From positions 84,574 to 148,573 of the forward strand of contig JAUYHB010000006.1 of assembly GCA_030690305.1 (NCBI GenBank): 64,000 nucleotides of DNA, read 5' to 3'. The position numbers and the translations under genes are program-made. This stretch comes from a bacterium. Lineage in GTDB: Bacteria > Patescibacteriota > Minisyncoccia > Phycocordibacterales > JAGLPS01. Below are positions 37,897 to 50,476 of this stretch, one piece after another (within the stretch, counting starts at the first letter, position 1; the number at the start of each line of letters is the position of its first letter). The notes under the pieces are model-generated. The model searched no databases and was not told where the DNA came from. It was given only the letters and a program-made list of their open reading frames with translations.

Positions 37897-38140
37897 TTCT
37901 TTCGTGATATATTTCGCCCATTATCCGAGAGACAATCCCCGACCAGGCGGATTCTCCACGGACAGGTCGCGGGATGGAGCAACAGTAGCTCGAAAGGCTC
38001 ATAACCTTTAGACCCTGGTGCAAATCCAGGTCCCGCAACACTTCAACTCGCTTCGCTCGTTCAGTGCGGGCAAGGCGAAGTGTCCCGAGCATAGTCGAGG
38101 GACAAGCAAAAATCCACGCAAAGAGTGCGTGGATTTTGGT
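37897..38140 (+). ncRNA. Candidate structured non-coding RNA (about 200 nt, GC-rich) ending in an intrinsic terminator. Identity unknown
   Basis: Locally GC-rich versus its surroundings. Multiple stems (ATCCCCGACC/GGTCGCGGGAT, CCCTGG/CCAGG, CCCGCA/TGCGGG). A terminal AAAATCCACGCA-aagag-TGCGTGGATTTT hairpin carries T-tracts. The six-frame ORFs here are low-complexity. Confidence 0.3.
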
Positions 38141-38209
38141 TGAAATATCTACTTACTAGTTATTTATATCTATATAAAACATCTGATATATGTTAATATA
38201 CTATCATAT

Positions 38210-38881
38210 ATGGCGAAATCTAAAGAAAAGTTATTTGCACACACGTTACGTAGGGAAGGAAAGAGTATTCTTTATATTTCACAACAACTTAACATAGCTA
38301 AAAGCACAGTAAGTGTTTGGTGCAAAGACATTACACTCACCTCTTTTCAGAAGTCACAATTACACAAAAATTCAATCATCGCGGGACATAAAGGAAGAAT
38401 GATTGGCGCAATGCAAAATCATCTCAAAAAATTACAGACCATAGAAACATACCGAATCGAGGCAGAGAAAAATGTTGGCAGATTGTCAGCTCGTGAACAA
38501 TTGCTATTAGGAACAGCCCTGTATTGGGCTGAAGGAGGGAGAAAAAGTTCTGGATTTTCTTTTGTAAATTCTGACCCAAACATGATAGCATTCATCAGTA
38601 AGTGGCTCCAGGGAAGTTTTCAGATACAAAAAGAAGATTTTATACCTAGAATTTATATAAATGAGCTTCACAAACCCCGAGCAGAAAAAATATTGAAATT
38701 TTGGTCTGCTCTGCTACAATTACCCAGAAATCAATTCCGTCGTATTTCTTTTATCAAAACCAAGCAGAAAAAGATGTATGAAAATTATGACAATTATTAT
38801 GGTATGCTGGCTCTAAAAATCAGAAGAAGTACCAATTTGAAATACAAAGTGATGGGATTGATAGGAGCAATTAAAAATTAA
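38210..38881 (+). CDS. Free-standing HTH + LAGLIDADG-like (homing-endonuclease-like) protein
   Basis: N-terminal HTH (GKSILYISQQLNIAKSTVSVWCKDI). Central LLLGTALYWAEGGRK plus NSDPNMIAFISKWL resembles the LAGLIDADG helix and following strand (compare I-DmoI GLYVAEGDK...LEIVSRWLN). Confidence 0.5.
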   Translation: MAKSKEKLFAHTLRREGKSILYISQQLNIAKSTVSVWCKDITLTSFQKSQLHKNSIIAGHKGRMIGAMQNHLKKLQTIETYRIEAEKNVGRLSAREQLLLGTALYWAEGGRKSSGFSFVNSDPNMIAFISKWLQGSFQIQKEDFIPRIYINELHKPRAEKILKFWSALLQLPRNQFRRISFIKTKQKKMYENYDNYYGMLALKIRRSTNLKYKVMGLIGAIKN

Positions 38882-38885
38882 ACAC

Positions 38886-38960
38886 GCCGACGTAGCTCAG
38901 TGGTAGAGCACTTCACTCATAAAGAAGCGGTCGCAGGTTCAATCCCTGCCGTCGGCACCA
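38886..38960 (+). tRNA. tRNA-Met (anticodon CAT, elongator-type G1:C72; could also be a lysidine tRNA-Ile2)
   Basis: Cloverleaf with loop CTCATAA and encoded CCA. Confidence 0.85.
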
Positions 38961-39104
38961 GGTGAATACAAGACAGTAACAGGTTTTTTTGATAAAGTGT
39001 TCCCTGTGCCGTTTTTGTTCCTCATTTGCGGGAGTAAGCAAAAGCTTGCTACCGCGACGCTCGGAATTAAAGAATATGCTAGGCATGCTCTTTATTCCTC
39101 GCTT

Positions 39105-39178
39105 GCGGGAGTAGCTCAACTGGTTAGAGCATCCGCCTGTCACGCGGAAGGTTGCGGGTTCAAGTCCCGTCTCTCGCG
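39105..39178 (+). tRNA. tRNA-Asp (anticodon GTC)
   Basis: Cloverleaf GCGGGAG...CTGTCAC...GGTTCAAGTCCCGTCTCTCGCG. CCA is not encoded. Confidence 0.85.
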
Positions 39179-39185
39179 CATCGCC

Positions 39186-39217
39186 AAAAACCACTACCAT
39201 AATGGTAGTGGTTTTTG
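39186..39217 (+). terminator. Rho-independent terminator after tRNA-Asp
   Basis: CCACTACCA-taa-TGGTAGTGG followed by T5. Confidence 0.75.
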
Positions 39218-39345
39218 TGAGACGGGACTTGAAAGCCGGAGCACGACGACGCGAGGCGGGGTCGCGCAAATTTTTAGTAAAAAATTATGCGTGACCAAGT
39301 TCCCAAATAAAAATCTTCTTGGCCAAGTATCTCTCTCGCAAAAAG

Positions 39346-39381
39346 AAAAAGGTCTTTCACTTTTAGTGAAAGACCTTTTTT
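39346..39381. terminator. Bidirectional terminator
   Basis: 13-bp stem AAAGGTCTTTCAC/GTGAAAGACCTTT with T-tracts on both sides. Confidence 0.65.
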
Positions 39382-39386
39382 GCCAC

Positions 39387-39710
39387 TCAATTACGAGAGG
39401 GGCTGTACATGGAACGGGAGAAACAGTCTCCGTAAACTTCGTTGAGACCCATTTCTTTCAGAATCACAACACAAATTTCTATATCCATCTTCTCCCTCAT
39501 CTTGGACGCTTCGATTTGCCGAAGAAGTTCAAGGCTTTCATCCTTTCGTATTACTCCGTCTTTTATCGCAACTTCGACATGCAGACGGGCATTGCTTTTG
39601 GAAAAAACGATGATACCTTTTTCCCCTGGCGAAAGAAACAGAAAACCGAATTCTTTCGTCTTTTCGCAGTGCACGAAATATGGAGCAAATTTTGCAAGGG
39701 GTTGAGACAT
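39387..39710 (-). CDS. Hypothetical protein
   Basis: ORF with no family assignable. Start trimmed to MSQPLAKF. Confidence 0.35.
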   Translation of the reverse strand: MSQPLAKFAPYFVHCEKTKEFGFLFLSPGEKGIIVFSKSNARLHVEVAIKDGVIRKDESLELLRQIEASKMREKMDIEICVVILKEMGLNEVYGDCFSRSMYSPSRN

Positions 39711-39857
39711 GGACACCTCCTTTTTATATGTGACGAGCAAAAACCTACTCTCTACTCTAACACATTTTATTAAAAAATCAAGCCGTTATTTTGCAAAAAG
39801 AATGGCCCCTTCAATCAAAAAGATTGAAGGGGCCATAAAACATAATTACAGGGGGTT

Positions 39858-40181
39858 TTACGCTGAGATCAGCGTAGGTTCGATCAACTTCGCGTAAATC
39901 ACGAGGTCCATGGAAGAAAGCTCTCCCAAACACGAATGATTGATCCGGTTGATGAGAAAGAGAAGTTCTCTCTTTCCGATGACTTCCATCTCACAGGCGT
40001 ACATCGCGTATGCCCGAGCCGCCGCTTTGGAAAAGACAGGTACCGGTTTTCGAAAGAATGATGTTTTCTTTCGGAAACTGAACCTGCCGATTCGGGCTGA
40101 CAGATCGAGTACGTAGTGTCTCCTGCAGTCACCAACCTTAAAAACAACTCCTTTTACTGCACATTCTGCCTGTTGTTTCAT
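39858..40181 (-). CDS. Hypothetical protein
   Basis: ORF only. Basic, with no family assignable. Confidence 0.3.
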   Translation of the reverse strand: MKQQAECAVKGVVFKVGDCRRHYVLDLSARIGRFSFRKKTSFFRKPVPVFSKAAARAYAMYACEMEVIGKRELLFLINRINHSCLGELSSMDLVIYAKLIEPTLISA

Positions 40182-40291
40182 ACTCCCCCTCCTTGCTGAT
40201 GTGTTGAACTGTAACTGTACTACTCCTGAGATTAATTATATCAGTTTCAAGAGATAAAGTCAACCAAAAATCAAGAAAAACGTTGATACGC

Positions 40292-40951
40292 CTAGATATA
40301 ATAGAACTCTTCAAAAACTTTTTTATATAGTTCGATAGTGCGTCTTGCCTCCCTTTGGTTTAAAAGAAAATCCGAACCTTCGTGAGCAACGGCATTTCTG
40401 ATTTTGTGGGCCTCCCAGGCGTAATCAAGAGTTTCAAAATCGCTCGGTTCAACGTTTTTGAGTTTTTCTCCTATCGTTTCACCGTCATAGCCCATTTTGT
40501 CCAGGACTTCTTCAAGCATAATGTCCGCTTCCAAAATCGCCAGTTTCCAGTCTGAAGCGGTGTCGGATTCTATAAGTTTGAGAACCTGTTCCCATTTTTC
40601 ATTAAGCAAATGCTCGGGGCGAGAGTCCGTAATGGCAATTGAAACACCTTTCTGCGGAAACAGCTCTTTGTGTTCTTCCGCCCGAATCATATTTGTCTTT
40701 CTTGTAAAATGGGCCCAACCGACAATAAAAATTGCCGAGAAAATTATAGAGAGGATTTTGAGAAGAGGAAGAATGTCTCCGAATACCTCTTGTGCGTGCT
40801 CAAAAAAACCCAGCCCGACACGGACAAAAAGGCTCTCAAGAAGTCGCCTGACCGCATCGACAACAGCGAGGAGTACGAGACCAATTACTCCGATTTCAAT
40901 GGCAATCGCCACCGGATCGCTTGTTGTTGGTTTTTTCTCTTCTTCCGCCAT
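40292..40951 (-). CDS. Membrane-anchored HEPN-type (DUF4145-like) domain protein
   Basis: Two N-terminal TM helices. The C-terminal soluble domain ends in an R-x4-H motif (KIRNAVAHEG), characteristic of HEPN/DUF4145 nuclease-like domains. Confidence 0.45.
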   Translation of the reverse strand: MAEEEKKPTTSDPVAIAIEIGVIGLVLLAVVDAVRRLLESLFVRVGLGFFEHAQEVFGDILPLLKILSIIFSAIFIVGWAHFTRKTNMIRAEEHKELFPQKGVSIAITDSRPEHLLNEKWEQVLKLIESDTASDWKLAILEADIMLEEVLDKMGYDGETIGEKLKNVEPSDFETLDYAWEAHKIRNAVAHEGSDFLLNQREARRTIELYKKVFEEFYYI

Positions 40952-40959
40952 GTGTTTTA

Positions 40960-42390
40960 TTATACTTCACCCAGAAAACGTTTACCGACGGCAAAAAGAA
41001 TATTCTCTGCGGCATGGGGGGCCATGATTTGGAGTCCGAGAGGAAGATTACTTCCGTCACGGAGAGCTGTCCCCGAGGGAATTGAAATTGCCGGGATTCC
41101 GACAATGTTTGCGGTTACGGTAAAAATATCGGCAAGATACATTGAAAGCGGGTCTCCGGACTTCTCCCCTATTTTAAATGCCGGAGAGGGAGCCGTCGGC
41201 GTTATCACCGCGTCCACTTTTTCAAAAGCATTTGTAAAATCACGAGCGATAAGCGAGCGGACGGTATTGGCTTTGTTGTAATACGCATCGTAGTAACCGG
41301 AAGAAAGAACGTATGTGCCAAGCATAATACGACGGCGAACTTCGCGGCCAAACCCTTCTCGTCGGGTAATCAGATACTCTTCAAGCAAATCTTTACCCTC
41401 TTTTCTCAAACCGTATTTCACTCCGTCAAAACGGGCAAGGTTTGAAGACACTTCTGCGGGCATTAAAACGTAGTAGGAAGCCAAAGAGTACATGATGTTT
41501 TGAAGCGAAATTTCTTTGATTGTGTAGCCTAAAGACGTCAGTTTTTTGATAGAGTCCTCAAAATTTTTCTTCACGTCTTCATCCATACCTTTCGTTTCCA
41601 GAATTTCTTTCGGTACTCCGATTATCATGTTCTTTTTCTCTTTCCGCGGCGGATATGTTCCGTCAGGGTACGTCGTACTGTCATAGGGGTCTTGGCCTTT
41701 CATTGCATTAAACAGTATTTCCGCATCATCCACAGTGCGGGTGATGGGACCGATAACATCAAGAGAAGAACCCATGGCCATAAGTCCGTGACGGGAAACG
41801 CTTCCGTATGTCGGTTTAAGACCCACGCATCCGCAAAAACTTGCGGGCTGCCGTATTGAGCCTCCGGTGTCAGAACCCAGAGCGGCAAGAGCGAGTCCCC
41901 CACCCACCGCCGCGGCGGAACCGCCCGATGAGCCTCCGGGAACACGAGTGAGGTCGTGTGGGTTTTTTGTTACGCCAAAAGCGGAATTTTCCGTCGAACC
42001 TCCCATGGCAAATTCGTCCATGTTGGTACGACCCAAAAAGACGGCATCTTCGTTGATGATTTTTTGGGCCGCAGTCGCCGTATACGGCGCGGTGTAATTT
42101 TCAAGAATTTTTGATGCCGCGGACGCCTTCTTTCCCTTAATCAGAATATTGTCTTTAATGGCAAGCGGAATGCCGGTAAGCGCACCCGCTTCCCCATTTT
42201 CTATTTTTTTCTGAGCGGTTTCGGTTTGTTTGTCTATGTCGGAATATATTTCAAGATAGGCGTTGAGATCCTTATTTTTTTCTTTTGCAACGTCAAGAAA
42301 GGCGTGAACAAGTTCGGACACTGAAAAATCTTTGGTACAAAGACGTTCGTGGGCGGTGCGTATCGAGAGATGTGTGAGGTCTGAGGCCAT
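40960..42390 (-). CDS. gatA: Glutamyl-tRNA(Gln)/aspartyl-tRNA(Asn) amidotransferase subunit A
   Basis: Amidase signature GGSSGGSAAAVGGG with the Ser-cisSer-Lys triad context. Confidence 0.9.
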   Translation of the reverse strand: MASDLTHLSIRTAHERLCTKDFSVSELVHAFLDVAKEKNKDLNAYLEIYSDIDKQTETAQKKIENGEAGALTGIPLAIKDNILIKGKKASAASKILENYTAPYTATAAQKIINEDAVFLGRTNMDEFAMGGSTENSAFGVTKNPHDLTRVPGGSSGGSAAAVGGGLALAALGSDTGGSIRQPASFCGCVGLKPTYGSVSRHGLMAMGSSLDVIGPITRTVDDAEILFNAMKGQDPYDSTTYPDGTYPPRKEKKNMIIGVPKEILETKGMDEDVKKNFEDSIKKLTSLGYTIKEISLQNIMYSLASYYVLMPAEVSSNLARFDGVKYGLRKEGKDLLEEYLITRREGFGREVRRRIMLGTYVLSSGYYDAYYNKANTVRSLIARDFTNAFEKVDAVITPTAPSPAFKIGEKSGDPLSMYLADIFTVTANIVGIPAISIPSGTALRDGSNLPLGLQIMAPHAAENILFAVGKRFLGEV

Positions 42391-42394
42391 GCGT

Positions 42395-42688
42395 TTAGAG
42401 AATATTTTTTACTTTCAGTTCGTTGTTGTCCCCCTTTTCGGGAAATTCGGCGACAATTTCTTTCGTGTATGCGCCACTTTCGTGGGGATTCTCGTCTTCG
42501 CGCATAACATTTTTAAGCATATTGTCGGAAGACGATTTCTTGTCGTCAAGAGAAGACACGACATTTTTTATTTGTTCGACATAGCCCAAAATCGAGTCGA
42601 TTTCTTTGGCAAATTGTTCAACTTCTTCATCGCTTACCTTCATACGCGACAGCCCCGCGAGTTTTTTAACCTCTTCTTTGGTAATCAT
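42395..42688 (-). CDS. gatC: Glutamyl-tRNA(Gln) amidotransferase subunit C
   Basis: About 95-aa GatC fold (MITKEEVKKLAGLSRMKVSDEEVEQFAKEIDSILGYVEQI), immediately upstream of gatA. Confidence 0.85.
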   Translation of the reverse strand: MITKEEVKKLAGLSRMKVSDEEVEQFAKEIDSILGYVEQIKNVVSSLDDKKSSSDNMLKNVMREDENPHESGAYTKEIVAEFPEKGDNNELKVKNIL

Positions 42689-42747
42689 AGGCTTAAGTGT
42701 ACGGAGAAAAAATACCCATGTAAAGAACCGCTCAATAATATTTCCTG

Positions 42748-42866
42748 CAAAGCGCTCACCTGCTTCCAGCGATAGGTTCGCTAAACTCAGAAAATTTTTG
42801 GCTCAAAGCCAAACCGAGCAAATTTTCCTGCGAACATTGCAGAAAATATTGTTTCGCTTTGACGGG
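42748..42866. repeat. Intergenic repeat element copy B (homolog of 435..556)
   Basis: Same orientation and about 85-90% identity. The hairpin TTTGGCT-caa-AGCCAAA shows a compensatory C>T/G>A change relative to copy A. Confidence 0.6.
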
Positions 42867-42913
42867 AAGAAGAAGATAACAACACCCTTAGTTTATGGAG
42901 AGTTTTCTGGTAT

Positions 42914-42953
42914 AAAAAAGGGCGGTCTTTTTTAAAAAGACCGCCCGGTTGGG
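42914..42953 (-). terminator. Rho-independent terminator downstream of plsC (minus strand)
   Basis: GGGCGGTC-t6a5-GACCGCCC followed by T6 on the minus strand. Confidence 0.65.
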
Positions 42954-43216
42954 TTTATGCGTTACTTACTTTGGTGTAACGCGTGGCACCCAAAACCAAT
43001 TAAAAGGTTTTACAGTGAGGAAGGGTTATGTGTTTTTTTATTCGCCGGCCACCCGGCTACTTCGGATTGCCACCTGATGTACTGCAGAACTTGTGCATCC
43101 GCATCCTCCTTTCTCTGTCTTTTGCAGTAAAATCTAGAAGAGACTATACCACAGAAATTAAATTTTAATCAATCCTGTGTTATGCGCTTTTCTTAATACC
43201 ACTCTCTTTCATGCGC

Positions 43217-43858
43217 TTACCGAGGGCGCATATACTCGGGCAACAAGACTTTGATTTCTTCCATGAGGCGTTGTTTTTGCCGAGTCAGATTTTCACGAGA
43301 TAAATCAATGGGAAGCGGAATGGTATACGGTTTTCCGAAACGGATTTCTATGGGGACAGGCGTGATACCCTTTCCCTCTTTGGGAAATGCTTTGTCACTC
43401 CCAATGATTGCCGCGGGGACAATCGTGCAATTACTGCTTATTGCGATTGAAGCCGCTCCCCATCCGCCTTCTTTCAACACACCGTCTTTACTGCGGGTGC
43501 CCTCCGGGAAAATGACAACGCAGTCCCCGGCCGCGAGAGCCATGACGGCCTCCGTAATTGTCCGCCTTGGTCGGGTCTCATCAACGCAAATAGTGCCAAC
43601 CGTTGTCATGAACCAATTGAGAAAAGGATGTTTGAAGAGCCTTTTCTTGGCCATTGAGTGCACCATTCTCCGCGGAATGCTTGAATGCACAACCGGCGCG
43701 TCCAAATAGCTTGTGTGGTTGCAGGCAATGAGAACACCCCCCTGCTTCGGAAATGTCTCTCTCCCGCTCACCTTAAGACGAAACACGAGGCACGCAAGAG
43801 CATATACGGACGTATTTGCTGTGCGATATACGATTCTTCTCCATATATTAAGTTTCAC
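43217..43858 (-). CDS. plsC: 1-acyl-sn-glycerol-3-phosphate acyltransferase
   Basis: Motifs NHTSYLD (HX4D) and FPEGTRS. Confidence 0.85.
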   Translation of the reverse strand: MKLNIWRRIVYRTANTSVYALACLVFRLKVSGRETFPKQGGVLIACNHTSYLDAPVVHSSIPRRMVHSMAKKRLFKHPFLNWFMTTVGTICVDETRPRRTITEAVMALAAGDCVVIFPEGTRSKDGVLKEGGWGAASIAISSNCTIVPAAIIGSDKAFPKEGKGITPVPIEIRFGKPYTIPLPIDLSRENLTRQKQRLMEEIKVLLPEYMRPR

Positions 43859-43930
43859 TTTTCCCTCCTTTACGTAGAAATTACAAAGAACTTTTTGTTA
43901 GAGGAGAGTATATCAGAGGCAAGAGAGTAA

Positions 43931-47815
<3,885 letters not shown>

Positions 47816-47819
<4 letters not shown>

Positions 47820-48421
47820 AGGACGGTGTTATAAATATTTGTTTTCAGAGTAAATGTTTTTGTTTGCAGGAAGGAATTTTTCCATGAAATCGTTACAGCC
47901 ACTACCGCTTCGTCTTCGGTCGCGCCAGTACTCAAAGGAACAATTACCACCGTCCTCGTAAACCTGCTATCGGTCCACTGCGCACCCTCGTCATATCCAT
48001 AGGCTCCGGTCGTGCTATTAAACTTGAGGGGGGGACACCCCGATGAAGCGCACGCGAGAGCTTGCAACGGACCGGTGTGTGTATACGTAGTATCGATGGC
48101 GCATCCGTCGCTACTTGTACAGGCTGAGTCGAGTTCCTCGAGCCACTCTACCCCGCTACTTGGATTTAAAACCGAGTCGAGGGTGTTTTGTTTCTTTTTT
48201 GCAACAACATATTCAACGGCATCCTGAGCAAGATAGGCTGCGATAACCTGGTCTCGTGCAAGGGCGGTAATACCGATGCCTTGGGAGGCAATATAGAGCG
48301 GTGCGGTGATGGCCCCCATAAGAACCGTTATGGCGACGAGTGTCTCAACAAGAGTAAATCCGTCGGAAACTTTCTTTTGAAAGTTTTGGTGGATAAGTCC
48401 TTTTTTTGCGTGATGTATCAT
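47816..48421 (-). CDS. Minor pilin/pseudopilin (prepilin-type N-terminal cleavage/methylation domain)
   Basis: KKGLIHQNFQKKVSDGFTLVETLVAI class-III signal. Confidence 0.7.
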
Positions 48422-48427
48422 ACGTGT

Positions 48428-49024
48428 TTATAAGTCGGTAAAACGTTGTGTAATGGTCGTTTGGATGTTAAAGACCGCTTTTTCCTCGCCTTTTATCCTC
48501 GTTTCCGCGCGCAATATCATGAGTACTTTCGACTGGATACCGTCACGGGGGTCGGCACCGCTTATGTAAAATTTTAAATCATTTATTGTAACGGCAGGGT
48601 CGGTAAGCGTAATGAACGATGTGCCACCATCAACAGATTTATGTACAGCGTTTCCGTTTAAGCGGTAAATAACCTGGTCGGAAGGTGACAATACATCCCC
48701 CGTCGGCGGTTCAAACGCAATATATGTTCCGTCAAGACAGTTACGGAAAGTTCCTATACCATTATTTCCCGCCGCGATTTGTGCCGTTAAGTCGGATTCG
48801 GAACCGCAGTTGTACAGCCTCCCGTCACGGGCACTGCGTACGATTTCTTCAATCGAAAAATCAAGGTTGTCGACAATTGCTCTTGTTGCCTGGGCTCTTC
48901 GGTGCGCATCGGTGATAAGAAATAGGGCGGTTATGGCAATAAAAGCGACAATCATGAAAATTCCCAAAGAAACAAGCGTCTCTACAAGCGTGTACCCTTT
49001 ATTTGTTTGAGAAAATTTCGTCAT
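48428..49024 (-). CDS. Minor pilin/pseudopilin
   Basis: NKGYTLVETLVSLGIFMIV N-terminal methylation motif. Confidence 0.7.
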   Translation of the reverse strand: MTKFSQTNKGYTLVETLVSLGIFMIVAFIAITALFLITDAHRRAQATRAIVDNLDFSIEEIVRSARDGRLYNCGSESDLTAQIAAGNNGIGTFRNCLDGTYIAFEPPTGDVLSPSDQVIYRLNGNAVHKSVDGGTSFITLTDPAVTINDLKFYISGADPRDGIQSKVLMILRAETRIKGEEKAVFNIQTTITQRFTDL

Positions 49025-49042
49025 TTTAATTTCAGTATATCA

Positions 49043-49657
49043 TTACTCGCAATCGGCACTTCTTGTAATGTACATGCGCCCGCTCTCCCACACACAAACA
49101 AGACGACGCGCTTCACCGCGCGGAGAATAGATTTCAAAAGAAGCGCCTATCGGGTTGACTCCGGCCACACTCGCCTCTATCTGCGGAGAAAGTGAGCGAG
49201 GAAACGTAACCGTCACGGAAGGAGCGGTCTGAGGAAAACCGAGCACCTCCGTAAAAAAAACATTGAGTAGGCCGCTCTGTGTATCATATGTTTGCAATTC
49301 TTCACCCGTATCGTATTGCCCATCCTGGTTTGCATCATTGAAGATAAGATACTCCGTTGAATTATCGGTAAAAAATATCCCATACCAGCCTGAAAAATCG
49401 TCAGAGCCCGGCTGTATTTCCTTTACCGAAGTCGCATAGACCTGGGCTTCTCTCAGAGTCAGAATAATTTCGTTTGCAAATTTGTCGGCAAGAATATTTT
49501 CATCGTAACTGCGGTAATTAAACAAGACAACCCCAATGACAAAAGTCATGATGGCGATGCTTACCAAAAGCTCCGTGAGCGTAAACCCGCTTGAAACTCT
49601 CTTTTGAAAATTTTGGTGGGTAAAACCTCGTTGTTGGAAAAATTGAGATATTTTCAT
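49043..49657 (-). CDS. Minor pilin/pseudopilin
   Basis: SSGFTLTELLVSIAIM N-terminal methylation motif. Confidence 0.7.
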   Translation of the reverse strand: MKISQFFQQRGFTHQNFQKRVSSGFTLTELLVSIAIMTFVIGVVLFNYRSYDENILADKFANEIILTLREAQVYATSVKEIQPGSDDFSGWYGIFFTDNSTEYLIFNDANQDGQYDTGEELQTYDTQSGLLNVFFTEVLGFPQTAPSVTVTFPRSLSPQIEASVAGVNPIGASFEIYSPRGEARRLVCVWESGRMYITRSADCE

Positions 49658-50454
49658 TACACGTTGAGAAAAAAGGCGCTTACCGAAACATTAAAGAAAA
49701 AAACAAGCACCATACCAAGGATTAAAAATGGGCCGAAAGGAATTTCACTTTTCATTGTAAGCTTTTTACCGCCGAAGGACCAGCTGGGTATTCGTTGGAG
49801 AAGAATCAACAAAAGACTGACCGCGGCGCCAATCCAAAATGAGAGGACAATCGCATCAAAACCTCCCCGAAGACCGAGAAAAAAACCGATGCCAAGAGCG
49901 AGTTTCCCGTCGCCCAATCCCATCCACTCACCTTTTGATAAAAACCACAGAAGAAAAAAGGGTGTAAAAAAAATCGGACCAGCCAACAGATACGGGATAT
50001 GCCCCGCAAACCCGTCAACAAATACGCCCCAGACAACATCCCCAAGAGAAAGAAAAATAAACAAAAAAACAAGAAGGTCGGGAATAATCATGTGCTTAAA
50101 GTCATAGACGGTAATAGCAAGCAGGATACTCCATATGACGGAATAAAAGACAAAGGCGAAGGAAAAGCCGTATGTCATAAACAAGAGCAGAAAAAAAAGG
50201 CCCGACAAGAATTCAACCGTCGGATACTGGAAAGAAATCGGAGCTCGACAGTTTTGGCATTTCCCCTTCAGAACAAAGAAACTTGCAATCGGTATGAGCT
50301 CAAGGGGTGAAAGCGTTTTACCGCATTGAGGACAATGGGACCTTCCTAGAATCGATTCCTTTCCATAACGCGCGATAACAACATTTAAAAAACTGCCGAT
50401 GATTGTCCCGAAAATAAAAACAAAAAAATAAAGAAGGGATTGCGAAGGCAGCAT
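49657..50454 (-). CDS. pilD: Prepilin peptidase (A24 family)
   Basis: N-terminal CPxC...CxxC zinc-binding region and TM helices with the conserved Asp pair. Confidence 0.85.
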   Translation of the reverse strand: MLPSQSLLYFFVFIFGTIIGSFLNVVIARYGKESILGRSHCPQCGKTLSPLELIPIASFFVLKGKCQNCRAPISFQYPTVEFLSGLFFLLLFMTYGFSFAFVFYSVIWSILLAITVYDFKHMIIPDLLVFLFIFLSLGDVVWGVFVDGFAGHIPYLLAGPIFFTPFFLLWFLSKGEWMGLGDGKLALGIGFFLGLRGGFDAIVLSFWIGAAVSLLLILLQRIPSWSFGGKKLTMKSEIPFGPFLILGMVLVFFFNVSVSAFFLNV

Positions 50455-50476
50455 ACGCTCTTATCGGTTAAAAAAT

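Noticed and set aside
37757-38092. ORFs 37757..38011 (+) and 37856..38092 (-)
   Set aside because: Low-complexity, Arg/Pro-rich translations of a GC-rich structured region. Better explained as non-coding RNA.
37897-38140. SRP RNA / 6S / tmRNA / RNase P identity for the GC-rich element
   Set aside because: CCAGGUC and CCCGCAAC resemble 4.5S RNA segments, but the GGAA-tetraloop/AGCAGC helix-8 core, the tmRNA tRNA-like ends and the RNase P P4 sequences are absent. Left unassigned.
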